Assembly (NCBI GenBank): GCA_049975265.1
Contig: JBNGDF010000016.1
Span: forward strand, 1-56,910
Reading direction: 5' to 3'
Length of the DNA stretch: 56,910 bases
Source of the DNA: Fidelibacterota bacterium
Lineage (GTDB): Bacteria; Fidelibacterota; UBA2242
Part shown: one piece after another, positions 27,006 through 36,298 of the stretch
Layout of the letters: every line of letters begins with the position of its first letter
How positions within the stretch are numbered: the stretch's first letter is position 1
Notes under the pieces: model-generated
What the model saw: only the letters and a program-made list of their open reading frames with translations
Told to the model about the DNA's origin: nothing
Database searches by the model: none
Program-made: the position numbers and the translations under genes

Positions 27006-28289
27006 ATGAATCGAATCGTCTGGAAATACTGGCGCTATTTTTTATTCGTCTTTATTCTGCTGCTGGCTTGGAGCGCCTTTTTGAACACCACCATGGTGAC
27101 GGCGAGCGGAGCAGGTCGCTATTTTGAAGCACTTTATTATTCATTGACTCTGTTTATTATCGGTGGAATTGATATCGGGATGCCCACCGGCGGTGGTTCC
27201 GGGATTATTACTTTGTTGTGGATTTGCTATTTTCTGGCGCCGCTGCTGACCTTCAGCGCCGTTTATCAGGTTATTCAGGAAAAGTTGCTCAGCCGCTTTT
27301 CGCCGCGCTGGAAACATCACTCGGTGATTTGCGGACTGGGGCGCAACGGTCGGTTGATTTATGATTTGATTAAGGAGCACGCCCCGCCGGGACATCGGAT
27401 TGTCGTCATCGAACGTGATCCGAACAATTCCCGCAGCGTTTTTCTGCAAAAGAGTAAAACCACCTGGTGGCTGAAGGATGACTTTACACAGCTGGCTGTT
27501 CTGCGCCGGGCGAATGTCAACCGGGCGCGGCGGGTCTATATTACCACCAATCAGGATATTACTAACCTGAATACCCTGGTGTTGATTCAGGCAATGCCAA
27601 ACCGCCACCGACATCAGCAGACCTTTTTCCACCTGGGTAATCTGGGGCTGCATGAGCTCTGGCAGCAGACCATTCTGAAGGATCCGCTCTATGCCGGTGT
27701 GAAAATTTTTAACGGTTATCAGGTGGTCACTCGGCGCTTATATCAGCATTGGGTTCTGGGAAAAAATTACCTGCATCCCCGGGGAAATATCTTCATTATC
27801 CTTGGTTACGGACGCTTTGGTCAGATGCTTTTTTATCATTTAGCCAATGACAAGGAGCGGCAGAGCCATGATGATATTGTGGTGGTCGCCAGCCGGATGA
27901 ATATTGATCTGCGGCAGCAGAAATTTCAGGAGGCGCAGCGTCAGGCGGTGATGGGCTGTTTTATTCATAATCCCATCGAAGGGGATATCCACGCCTCAGA
28001 AATCTGGGAGATGCTGGCGGGTAAAGTCCGGGATAGCCGCAAGAATGCGATTGTATTTCTCTGCCGGGATGGCGATATGGAAAACCTGGAACTGGCGGTC
28101 AACATGAAGCTGGGCGGTCCGCCGGAGCTGCGGAGAGCCACCATCTTCTGCCGGCTTTACAGCAACACCGCCGGCGAGATCAATGACATCCTCGAAAAAA
28201 GCATCACGCCTGATCAATCCCGGGACATCGTGGTTTTTCCCATGCAATCAGAACTGAAAGAGGCATTTCATGAGGAGCTGTTTCATTAG
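27006..28289 (+). CDS. Ion-channel-like membrane protein with TrkA-N/RCK NAD-binding domains
   Basis: TM-pore-helix-TM N-terminus (ALYYSLTLF), HSVICGLGRNG…IVVIERD, second IILGYGRFG motif. Confidence 0.65.
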   Translation: MNRIVWKYWRYFLFVFILLLAWSAFLNTTMVTASGAGRYFEALYYSLTLFIIGGIDIGMPTGGGSGIITLLWICYFLAPLLTFSAVYQVIQEKLLSRFSPRWKHHSVICGLGRNGRLIYDLIKEHAPPGHRIVVIERDPNNSRSVFLQKSKTTWWLKDDFTQLAVLRRANVNRARRVYITTNQDITNLNTLVLIQAMPNRHRHQQTFFHLGNLGLHELWQQTILKDPLYAGVKIFNGYQVVTRRLYQHWVLGKNYLHPRGNIFIILGYGRFGQMLFYHLANDKERQSHDDIVVVASRMNIDLRQQKFQEAQRQAVMGCFIHNPIEGDIHASEIWEMLAGKVRDSRKNAIVFLCRDGDMENLELAVNMKLGGPPELRRATIFCRLYSNTAGEINDILEKSITPDQSRDIVVFPMQSELKEAFHEELFH

Positions 28290-28409
28290 CAGGGTCCCCC
28301 TTATCCGTTCCGGGACATTAAAAGCGACCTGGTAACCCCAAAGTCCTTCGCTCCTGAAAGTATGGCTGTTCCCGATCTGTCATTGATTTTAAACTTATAA
28401 TTAAATAGC

Positions 28410-28424
28410 TTATAATGATTATAT
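28410..28424. promoter_or_regulatory. Fur/PerR-family box candidate
   Basis: TTATAATGATTATAT is one mismatch from the 7-1-7 PerR consensus TTATAATNATTATAA, but the context is AT-rich. Confidence 0.4.
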
Positions 28425-28483
28425 AATTTTATATTCTGTTGGATTGAAAATAACTAAAGAGTGAAAAGAAGAACGGAGCAACT

Positions 28484-29323
28484 ATGAAAAATGGATTAAT
28501 AACGATGCTTGTAGCCGCCTTGCTGATAGTGACATCGGCGGAGGAGCAGCCCATCGGTCGGCAAAAATCGGTGACCGGCAATTTCGGAACTACCCAGACC
28601 AGCTTTGACAACTGGACCGCCGGAGGTGAAAATACCTTTGCCTGGCAGGTCAATCTGAATGCCAAATTCGTCAATAATCAGCCGAAGTGGAACTGGACAA
28701 ACAGCGGTAAATTTGCCTTTGGAAAAAGCCGGATCGGCGAACAGGAAGCCCGGAAGTCGGTGGATGAAATCAAGCTGGAAAGTGTCTATATCTACAAACT
28801 GGGCATTCCGGTGAACCCCTATGCCGCTGTTAAGGGAGAAACCCAGTTTGCCTACGGGTATAAATACACGGATACTTCGGCGGTGGAGATTTCCAATTTC
28901 CTTGATCCGGGATACTTTACGGAAAGCATCGGTGCCGGCTATGCGCCGTCGGAACAGTTGAGCACCCGGCTGGGTGTAGCCCTGAAGCAGACGGTGACGC
29001 GGGATTTCCCGGTACCCTATTCAGACGATCCTGAGACGGATAATGAACAGGAAACCTTTAGAAATGAAGCCGGTCTGGAATCGGTGACTGATTTTTCCCA
29101 AAAATTTCGGGACAATCTGCTGTTTACGTCGAATCTGGTTATTTTTTCGAATTTGCAGGCGATTAATCAGGTAGATGTAAAATGGGATAATGTACTCACC
29201 GCCAGCATTACGAAATATGTCAACGTCACCTTCAATTTAAAACTGTTTTACGATCACGATCTGTCGGTCAGACGTCAGATCATGCAATCGCTCTCGCTGG
29301 GACTGACATATACCTTTATATAA
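28484..29323 (+). CDS. DUF3078-type outer-membrane beta-barrel protein
   Basis: Signal peptide; QTSFDNWTAGGEN, RKSVDEI, TQFAYGY, SNFLDPGY, C-terminal LSLGLTYTF. Confidence 0.75.
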   Translation: MKNGLITMLVAALLIVTSAEEQPIGRQKSVTGNFGTTQTSFDNWTAGGENTFAWQVNLNAKFVNNQPKWNWTNSGKFAFGKSRIGEQEARKSVDEIKLESVYIYKLGIPVNPYAAVKGETQFAYGYKYTDTSAVEISNFLDPGYFTESIGAGYAPSEQLSTRLGVALKQTVTRDFPVPYSDDPETDNEQETFRNEAGLESVTDFSQKFRDNLLFTSNLVIFSNLQAINQVDVKWDNVLTASITKYVNVTFNLKLFYDHDLSVRRQIMQSLSLGLTYTFI

Positions 29324-29352
29324 ATTAAAATTTTACGGGAGGGAATTTTCAG

Positions 29353-29832
29353 ATGAAAACATTGATCGTGTATGCTAGCAAGCATGGCTGCGCCAAGCGG
29401 GCGGCTGAAAAGGTCGGTGAAGCTCTTGGCAAAGATGCCGACGTTCTGGATGTGCGCAATGTGACCCGGATTGACCTGGAGGATTATGAAAAAGTTATAA
29501 TCGGTGGTTCGATTCGGGCAGGAAAAATTCAGGGGCAGATAAAGAGATTCGCGCAGAAATTTACGAATCAACTGCTCGAAAAGAAGATCGGACTGTTTAT
29601 CTGTCATATGGAAGAGGATCCCGCGAAAGCCGAAAAGGAGCTGTCCGGCAATTTCCCCCAGCCGCTGGTTGAACATGCTACAGCAACGGGTCTGTTCGGC
29701 GGGGAATTTGACATGGAGAAGATGAACTGCCTGGAGCGGTTTATCATCAAAAAGGTTGCGCATGTGACCGAAAGCGTTTCCAATATCAATGAGGATAATA
29801 TCGAAAAATTTATTGCTCTGATGAAAGATTGA
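29353..29832 (+). CDS. Flavodoxin domain protein (HemG-like)
   Basis: LIVYASKHG, VIIGGSIRAGKI, GLFICH, FGGEF. Confidence 0.85.
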   Translation: MKTLIVYASKHGCAKRAAEKVGEALGKDADVLDVRNVTRIDLEDYEKVIIGGSIRAGKIQGQIKRFAQKFTNQLLEKKIGLFICHMEEDPAKAEKELSGNFPQPLVEHATATGLFGGEFDMEKMNCLERFIIKKVAHVTESVSNINEDNIEKFIALMKD

Positions 29833-29834
29833 AA

Positions 29835-30239
29835 ATGAATCTGAAAAAAGGATTTCAACTTTTCCTGATCGTGCTGCTGGGGCTGCTTCTGATGAGTTGC
29901 CGGACAATGCGTGAATATAAGGAAAAAGTTGCCGCCGTTGAGATTGAGGATGTGGACCTCAAAGCTGTTACCGATGGGGAGTATATCGGTGAATATGATG
30001 CCAGACTGGTTAAGGCGGTTGTAAAGGTCGTCGTCAGGAATCATCGGATCGAATCAATCGAGCTGATCCGGCATGACAACGGCAGGGGCGCCGCCGCCGA
30101 AGTGATTCTGGAGCGGGTTATCTCTGCCCAGAATCTGCGGGTGGACACTATCAGCGGTGCCACCAGCAGCAGCCTGGTCATTCTGGAAGCCATTGAGCAG
30201 GCATTGAAAAAGGGTATCTCACCTCAGAGAACCGGATAA
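29835..30239 (+). CDS. FMN-binding domain lipoprotein
   Basis: Lipobox LLMSC; DGEYIGEY; flavinylation motif VDTISGATSSS. Confidence 0.85.
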   Translation: MNLKKGFQLFLIVLLGLLLMSCRTMREYKEKVAAVEIEDVDLKAVTDGEYIGEYDARLVKAVVKVVVRNHRIESIELIRHDNGRGAAAEVILERVISAQNLRVDTISGATSSSLVILEAIEQALKKGISPQRTG

Positions 30240-30246
30240 GTTTCCC

Positions 30247-30288
30247 TTTTTACCTTCCGAAGGATTGCAAATCTTTGGAAGGTGAAAG
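30247..30288. repeat. REP-like hairpin / possible terminator
   Basis: TTTTACCTTCCGAAGGAT-loop-ATCTTTGGAAGGTGAAAG; shares its core with 458-469. Confidence 0.55.
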
Positions 30289-30362
30289 TGCGATGCTTCT
30301 GTTATTGCTATTGATTTATTTCCTTTGTCTACTCTCAGCAATTAGGCAGGAACTCCGATAAG

Positions 30363-31649
30363 ATGTCATTTACTTTCAGCGTATACTATACCCCGCTGAT
30401 CATTGCGGTGGCGCTGTCGCTGTTGACCAGCTTTTACTCCTGGCAATACTGCAGCCGACCCGAAGGTAAGGCGTTGCTGGTACTCTCTTTGTCGATCGTC
30501 TGGTGGGCGACACTGAACATTTTTGAGTACGGGTTTGGTGATTTGGCGGTGAAATCCATTTTTGTCAAGCTGGAGTATTTGGGTATTGAAGTGGCACCGG
30601 TCGCCTGGATGATTTTTGTGGCGATTTATACCGATCAAGGGAAATGGCTGAACCGGCGGAATCTGTTCCTGTTGGCGATCATACCGGCAATTACGGTCAT
30701 CATGATATTCACGAATGAATATCACGGATTGATGCGCTATAATGTTGCCCTGGATACCAGCGGTTCTTTTTCTGTAATAACCAAGACCTACGGTGTCTGG
30801 TTCTGGGTTTCTGTGATATACCACGATATCATCATGGTGACCGGAGTTGTGTTTATCATCCGGAGGCTGACCCGTCGACCGCACCTGGGATCCCGGCAGC
30901 TGATTATTTTGCTGGCGATTGGAATTTTCCCCTGGCTGGGAAATATCCTGTATATCTTTAAACTATTCAGCTGGGCGCGGATTGACTGGACAACGGCGTT
31001 TCTGGCACTGTCCGGTGTCGTGATGACCTTCGGGGTTGCCCGCTATCATCTGCTGTCCGTTATCCCCATTGCCCGGGAATTTGTTCTGGAAAAAATTGTG
31101 GATGCCATTCTGGTTGTAGATGGACTCAACCGGGTCGTGGATTACAATGAGAGCTGCCGGGCGCTGTTCGGTCTGAGTGAAGAGGTTGCCGTTGTGCGTC
31201 TGGATAGAATTCTGAAACCGGAGCACCGGCACCTTTGTAAGTTTGGCGATGAGGACACCTACAGCCAGGAAATCGTTCTGGGAGATGACAGGGACCCGCA
31301 GACCTATGAACTTCGGGTGGACAAGCTGTACAATTACCGCCAAAAATTTCGGGGGCGTATCTTCTATTTTCATGACATTACCGACCGGAAGCTTGCTGAA
31401 CGGGAGCGTGAGAAAATCATTGCCAGGTTGCAGGACGCTCTTGACAAGGTCAAAACGCTGAGCGGCTTTTTACCGATCTGTTCAAACTGTAAAAAAATCC
31501 GGGATGACGAAGGTTACTGGAACGAGGTGGAACTCTATATCAGCAAACACTCCAATATTCAGTTCAGTCACGGGCTCTGTGCGGAGTGTATGAAAAAGCT
31601 GCATCCGGAAGAGTACAAACGGCTGAAGGAGAAGGGGAAAGTCAGCTGA
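30363..31649 (+). CDS. HisKA_7TM-type membrane sensor with PAS domain and C-terminal Cys-rich domain
   Basis: 7TM region (FTNEYHGL, YGVWFW, PWLGNILY), PAS DAILVVD…DYN, C-terminal LPICSNCKKIRDDEGYW…FSHGLCAEC. Confidence 0.8.
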   Translation: MSFTFSVYYTPLIIAVALSLLTSFYSWQYCSRPEGKALLVLSLSIVWWATLNIFEYGFGDLAVKSIFVKLEYLGIEVAPVAWMIFVAIYTDQGKWLNRRNLFLLAIIPAITVIMIFTNEYHGLMRYNVALDTSGSFSVITKTYGVWFWVSVIYHDIIMVTGVVFIIRRLTRRPHLGSRQLIILLAIGIFPWLGNILYIFKLFSWARIDWTTAFLALSGVVMTFGVARYHLLSVIPIAREFVLEKIVDAILVVDGLNRVVDYNESCRALFGLSEEVAVVRLDRILKPEHRHLCKFGDEDTYSQEIVLGDDRDPQTYELRVDKLYNYRQKFRGRIFYFHDITDRKLAEREREKIIARLQDALDKVKTLSGFLPICSNCKKIRDDEGYWNEVELYISKHSNIQFSHGLCAECMKKLHPEEYKRLKEKGKVS

Positions 31650-31666
31650 TCTGCCGTTTAGGTGCT

Positions 31667-32152
31667 TTAATTCTGACTGGATGGCGATAAATGACCGCCA
31701 ACATCGTTGAGTGTGGTGCTGTTTTCCGGTTTTAGTTCATTCTCGTAATAATGATAAACAATGACATTACCGTGTTTTCTGATGTCGGCATCATCTTCAA
31801 AGCGCAAGATTCTTTGCAGAAATCCCATTGCCCAGCGATTTTGGGTAGCATATAACGCAACCATTACCAGATGCCGAATCTGCGGATCAGGATTGGTTCG
31901 AAACACATGAATTAAATCAACGACCGCATCATGGCGCAGATTAATGTTATCAGCATATTGAATCACCTGGCACATGGCGGATGTTTTTAAACCTTCGTTG
32001 GGGGATGCAATGGCTTGTTCGAGATTACGGCTGATAGCCCTCCAATCATAATTGTTGTTGGCTGTTAATTCGGCAGCATGGACAGATGTCCAGAAACCGA
32101 TTACAAAGACGAGCAGAGATTTTGAAATGTTGTTCACGGAAACCTCCTTCAT
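31667..32152 (-). CDS. Exported hypothetical protein, HEAT-repeat-like
   Basis: Signal-peptide-like N-terminus (…SVHA); helical NPDPQIRHLVMVALY / EDDADIR segments. Confidence 0.55.
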   Translation of the reverse strand: MKEVSVNNISKSLLVFVIGFWTSVHAAELTANNNYDWRAISRNLEQAIASPNEGLKTSAMCQVIQYADNINLRHDAVVDLIHVFRTNPDPQIRHLVMVALYATQNRWAMGFLQRILRFEDDADIRKHGNVIVYHYYENELKPENSTTLNDVGGHLSPSSQN

Positions 32153-32263
32153 TTTAGCAATCAGGTCTTGGACAAAATCCTGATAGATTGGATGTCAAAA
32201 AAGGTCAGGGCTCCCGGATTTTGAGATGGAGACTTATATATAAACAGGAAGAATAGACGCCGT

Positions 32264-33412
32264 TTACAGTGACCGGGTGAGAATATCAGACATTTCCGTT
32301 TGGTTCAGCTCAATGGGATTGCCCTGCATGCTGCTGGATTTCCGGGCTTTTTCAATAATCAGTGGAATATCAGTATCGGTTATTCCGTAATATTTCAGTG
32401 CTCGGATCGGTAGTTCCTGATACAGATCGCCAAGCCACTCGTTTAAACCGCTTGTGCCCGTTTCAACGGTGATGATCCGGTCAACTTCCGCATAGCGCTT
32501 CAGAAAAACTGAATCGGGTTGGCGGCTTTCCAGAGCCCTGATATTGGCGGTTATTACGAAAGGCAGTAGCCGGGCGCAGATCATGCCGTGCGGTGCGTCG
32601 AATAGTCCGCCGATGGGTCCGGCGAAGCCATGGACGGCGCCGAGTTTGGCGTTGGCGAGAGCCAGACCGCCGAAGAGACTGGCGAGGCACATATTCGTAC
32701 GCGCCTCAAGATCACTCCCATGGCGGAAGGCGGTTTTGAGTGAGCGTGCGGCGCACCGGATTCCCTCCCGGCAGATTCCATCCACGAGCGGATTATTGAG
32801 TTTGGTGGTATAGGCTTCAATCAATTGCGTCAGGGCGTCCAGTCCGCTGCCGGCGGTTACCTGCGGTGGAACCGTAAGGGTCAATTCGGGGTCCACGATC
32901 GCCACGTCGGGGATCATCCAGCGATGACGCAGGCTGACTTTGACCCGGTGTTGGCGGCTCGCCAATACGGCGTTGCGGGTGACTTCGCTGCCGGTTCCGG
33001 CGGTGGTGGGCAGTGCAATTAGGGGCAGCGGTCTCTCCTGGAGCGGATTTCCGTTGCCGATAACTTCCAGATAGTCGAAGATATTTCCGGAATTGGTTGC
33101 CAGTGCCGCAACTGCCTTGGCGGTATCAATAACGCTGCCGCCGCCGTGGGCAATCAGGACATTGCTTTTTTTCAGTCTGGCTTGTGCGGTTATTTGAGAA
33201 ATGGTGTCGATGTCCGGTTCGCCGGTCACCGAGGTGTTATGGTAGTGAAGACCAGCCGAATCAAGTCTACGGAACAACCAGTCAGCCCGATGAGGATTTG
33301 AACCGGTGACTACCAGAAGATTATTGCCGAGTTCACGGACAATCTCAACAGCCTGGAACCGTTCACCTTTTCCAAAGATAATGCGATCGGCGGTGGAAAA
33401 TTCGAAGTTCAT
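32264..33412 (-). CDS. Iron-containing alcohol dehydrogenase
   Basis: GGGSVIDTAK, PTTAGTGSEVT, DALTQLIE, LGAVHG, HGMIC. Confidence 0.92.
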   Translation of the reverse strand: MNFEFSTADRIIFGKGERFQAVEIVRELGNNLLVVTGSNPHRADWLFRRLDSAGLHYHNTSVTGEPDIDTISQITAQARLKKSNVLIAHGGGSVIDTAKAVAALATNSGNIFDYLEVIGNGNPLQERPLPLIALPTTAGTGSEVTRNAVLASRQHRVKVSLRHRWMIPDVAIVDPELTLTVPPQVTAGSGLDALTQLIEAYTTKLNNPLVDGICREGIRCAARSLKTAFRHGSDLEARTNMCLASLFGGLALANAKLGAVHGFAGPIGGLFDAPHGMICARLLPFVITANIRALESRQPDSVFLKRYAEVDRIITVETGTSGLNEWLGDLYQELPIRALKYYGITDTDIPLIIEKARKSSSMQGNPIELNQTEMSDILTRSL

Positions 33413-33472
33413 GGATTTGTTCAGAAAGAGCATAACGTGTCACATTCTTATTAAAGACGTGAGCCTGCACAT

Positions 33473-34159
33473 TTAAAAACTTGCTTTAAAATATAAAAGA
33501 TTACCGTTGCGATCCGGCAGACTTTCGAAGTTCATGGAGTGCTCATTTAATATGGTTTTATATTGCTCCTCCGTGTAAAGTGTCCCGTGGATTTTACTTT
33601 TCGAACCTTCCCGTTCCGGGACAGGAATACTGAAATACATCGGGGCGCCGGATTGCATAACCCGCCGGATTTCCGTCAATACTGAATGAATGTCCGGGAA
33701 AAAATTCAGAGAGAGATGACAGAGGAGTACATTGAACTGATCGTCGGCGAAGGGCAGATCGTCGGCGCTGGCGAGGTAGAGCTCAGCGATTTCGAAACCA
33801 TTTTCCCGGAATCGTTTTTGGGCTTTTTGCAGCAGTCCGGCGCTGGTGTCGATGCCGGTGTATTCATTGTCCCGGGGTACAAAATAGGCAGCATTGCCGG
33901 TGCCGGTGCCCAGTTCGAGAATCCGCTTGCCGTGGGTGGCTTGCATCTGCTTGCGAAGAATCTCGTAGTGACGCTCGATATCGCCGCCGAACTTTTTGGG
34001 GAATACCGACTTTGCCATACTGCTGTCATAGATAAAGCAGAACAGGTCGCCTAGCCAGGGTCTGTACTTTTTGATCTGTTGCTGTTCATCAACCCAATAA
34101 AATATTCCCTTTTTCGAAGTGATGGTCAGGTTTGGTTTCAGTTGAATGGAAGGTTTCAC
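33473..34159 (-). CDS. Class I SAM-dependent methyltransferase
   Basis: ILELGTGTG, YTGIDTS, ADDLPFADDQF. Confidence 0.85.
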   Translation of the reverse strand: MKPSIQLKPNLTITSKKGIFYWVDEQQQIKKYRPWLGDLFCFIYDSSMAKSVFPKKFGGDIERHYEILRKQMQATHGKRILELGTGTGNAAYFVPRDNEYTGIDTSAGLLQKAQKRFRENGFEIAELYLASADDLPFADDQFNVLLCHLSLNFFPDIHSVLTEIRRVMQSGAPMYFSIPVPEREGSKSKIHGTLYTEEQYKTILNEHSMNFESLPDRNGNLLYFKASF

Positions 34160-34275
34160 TGGTCATTTTTCCTTTTTTTTATAAATAGCTGATTACATTG
34201 ATGATAATAAAATTACAGGGCAAATGAAAGTCAACCTTAATGTAAAAAAAATCAACCGGATGATTGTCATATTTT

Positions 34276-35283
34276 TCAAACCGGTTCGTCCATATGAGTC
34301 CGGCAGTTCAGGCAGATTTTACCCCGGTAGATACCGCTGCGTTTACTGGTAATCCGCTTCTGGTAACCGGCGAAACGGTTACCGGTGACAACACCGCAGG
34401 AGGGGCAGGCGACCGCCAGTTCCCGCCGGCGGGCTTTTTTATTGATATATTCCCGAAAAATGACACCTTTATCCCGGGCGATCAGCCGGTCAGCTTGCGA
34501 AAAATGGGGAATCCCGTGGAGCGTTTGGTTGATCTCCATAGCTGCCAGCTGCATGGGTGCCCCGCAACGCCAGCAGCTGCCGGCAATGATAAAAAGGCGT
34601 TTTTCAAACAGCGGACCGCCGCAATTCGGACAGCGGTCACGGAGGCAATACAGCACCAGCGACGGTTTTAGGCGGGGAGATAACCCGATTTTTTCCAGGG
34701 CTTCGGCACCGGTGATGCGAAAAATTACCAGCGGGATATTGTGCTGATTGCAGTAGTCGATGATTTTCCGGTCCGGACGGTGACTGACCACAATTTCAAT
34801 CAAAGCGCGGGGCTGATGATCGGCGCTCAGCAGGCAGATATCCGGGCGACAGCGATCGATCGGTTTCTCAAGGGTTACCTGGCGAACATTTTCCATAAGA
34901 TTCATATGGTGGTGTTCTGAACAGGCGATACATTTCCATTGGAGATTGATGGGCTGGTTTAAATGAATCGCCGCCAGTAATTTTTCATATATCAGTTGTT
35001 TGCCGATGAAATGTAATACCGTTTCGGCGCTGCAGTTGGCGCCGGGATAATGAGCAAAATGATGACTGGTTTTTTCTCCCTTGCGCGCCACCACAGGGGT
35101 TTTGCAGACCGGACAATAAGCGTTGCATTTCAGTCCCCGTGCAACGGTCGAGACATGCACCAGAAGACCATCCTTTTCGGCATAGGGAACCCGGACCTGA
35201 CTGCCGGAAGAATTTTTAGGTGGATTTTCTGGAAGACCGAGTGCCTTTGTCAGATTGGTTTTTAGGGAATTATCAGCCATCAT
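34276..35283 (-). CDS. CoiA-like nuclease-fold protein with Zn-ribbon motifs
   Basis: CPVC…VARKG…HHFAH, ETVLH…K, PD…IEIVVSH (PD-(D/E)xK-like), further CxxC pairs. Start set at MMADN because the longer ORF overlaps mutM. Confidence 0.65.
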   Translation of the reverse strand: MMADNSLKTNLTKALGLPENPPKNSSGSQVRVPYAEKDGLLVHVSTVARGLKCNAYCPVCKTPVVARKGEKTSHHFAHYPGANCSAETVLHFIGKQLIYEKLLAAIHLNQPINLQWKCIACSEHHHMNLMENVRQVTLEKPIDRCRPDICLLSADHQPRALIEIVVSHRPDRKIIDYCNQHNIPLVIFRITGAEALEKIGLSPRLKPSLVLYCLRDRCPNCGGPLFEKRLFIIAGSCWRCGAPMQLAAMEINQTLHGIPHFSQADRLIARDKGVIFREYINKKARRRELAVACPSCGVVTGNRFAGYQKRITSKRSGIYRGKICLNCRTHMDEPV

Positions 35284-35339
35284 AAAATTTATTTTACATC
35301 GTTGAAATATAAGCAGGGATTGGCAACTATCCACGGGGT

Positions 35340-36173
35340 TTATGGGCGTCTTTGGCATTTCGGGCAGATGTGGGTGCTGCGCTGTCCGACGATAATCCGC
35401 CTGATTTTTGTGCCACAGCGCGGGCATTTCTGGTCGGTGCGGTGAAAAACCATCAGATTTCGGGCGTTATTACCGCGGCGGTTTTCAGCAGAGGCAAAGT
35501 TTGCTTGTCCGCTGCCCAGCGAGGTGCCCTGATGGTCAATGCCCTGCTGCAGGACAAAACGAATGGCGGCGTGTAAAGCGCGGATTTTGCGGGGTGAGAT
35601 GGTGGCGGCAATGGTCAAGGGGTGCAACCGGGCTTGCCAGAGGGCTTCATCGGTGTAGATATTTCCCAGACCGGCGATAAAGGTTTGGTCAAGCAGGAGC
35701 GGTTTTAGTTGACGCTGTTTTGACCTCAGCATTTTCTGAAAGTGGGCTGGTGTGAATTCGCGGCTCAGTGGCTCCGGACCTAATTGATTCAGGAAAATAT
35801 GTGGATTTCCGGTCAGGAGCATGCGCCCGAATTTGCGGGTGTCGTGGAAGCGCAGATCGCGATTATCGTTCAAATGCAGAATGACATGTTCATGCCTGTT
35901 CCGTGTTGCTGAAGACGGTACCAGATACAGTCTTCCGCTCATGCGCAGGTGGATCAGCAGATGAAAGTTGTTATTCAGGTCGATAACAATGTATTTCGCC
36001 CGTCGCCAAAGGCTGAGAATGGTCCGGTTTCGGATTTGGTTGATGAATTCGTCGGGTTGCAGATTTCCGATGGATTTCCGCCATTGGACATCGGCGCCGG
36101 TGACGGTTTTTCCGATCAGACCGGCGGCGTCGAGATCACGGACGATGGTTTCAACTTCGGGCAGCTCGGGCAT
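35340..36173 (-). CDS. mutM: Formamidopyrimidine-DNA glycosylase
   Basis: MPELPEVET, RRAKY, HLRMSG, DTRKFG, LLDQ..IAGLGNIY, C-terminal CPRC…CPKCQ finger. Confidence 0.97.
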   Translation of the reverse strand: MPELPEVETIVRDLDAAGLIGKTVTGADVQWRKSIGNLQPDEFINQIRNRTILSLWRRAKYIVIDLNNNFHLLIHLRMSGRLYLVPSSATRNRHEHVILHLNDNRDLRFHDTRKFGRMLLTGNPHIFLNQLGPEPLSREFTPAHFQKMLRSKQRQLKPLLLDQTFIAGLGNIYTDEALWQARLHPLTIAATISPRKIRALHAAIRFVLQQGIDHQGTSLGSGQANFASAENRRGNNARNLMVFHRTDQKCPRCGTKIRRIIVGQRSTHICPKCQRRP

Positions 36174-36298
36174 TTTGCATTTCTCTTTTAACGAATCCCT
36201 TTCAGGGAAATGGAAATATACGCAAATTACAGGGCGATTAAAAAGATCAATCTTTTGTTTTCGGGAATCCGTTCAGAAACTGTATATTTTTGCTGTAT

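Noticed and set aside
35284..35427. N-terminal extension of the CoiA-like ORF
   Set aside because: It overlaps the mutM 3' end in another frame; MMADN at 35283 is the more plausible start.
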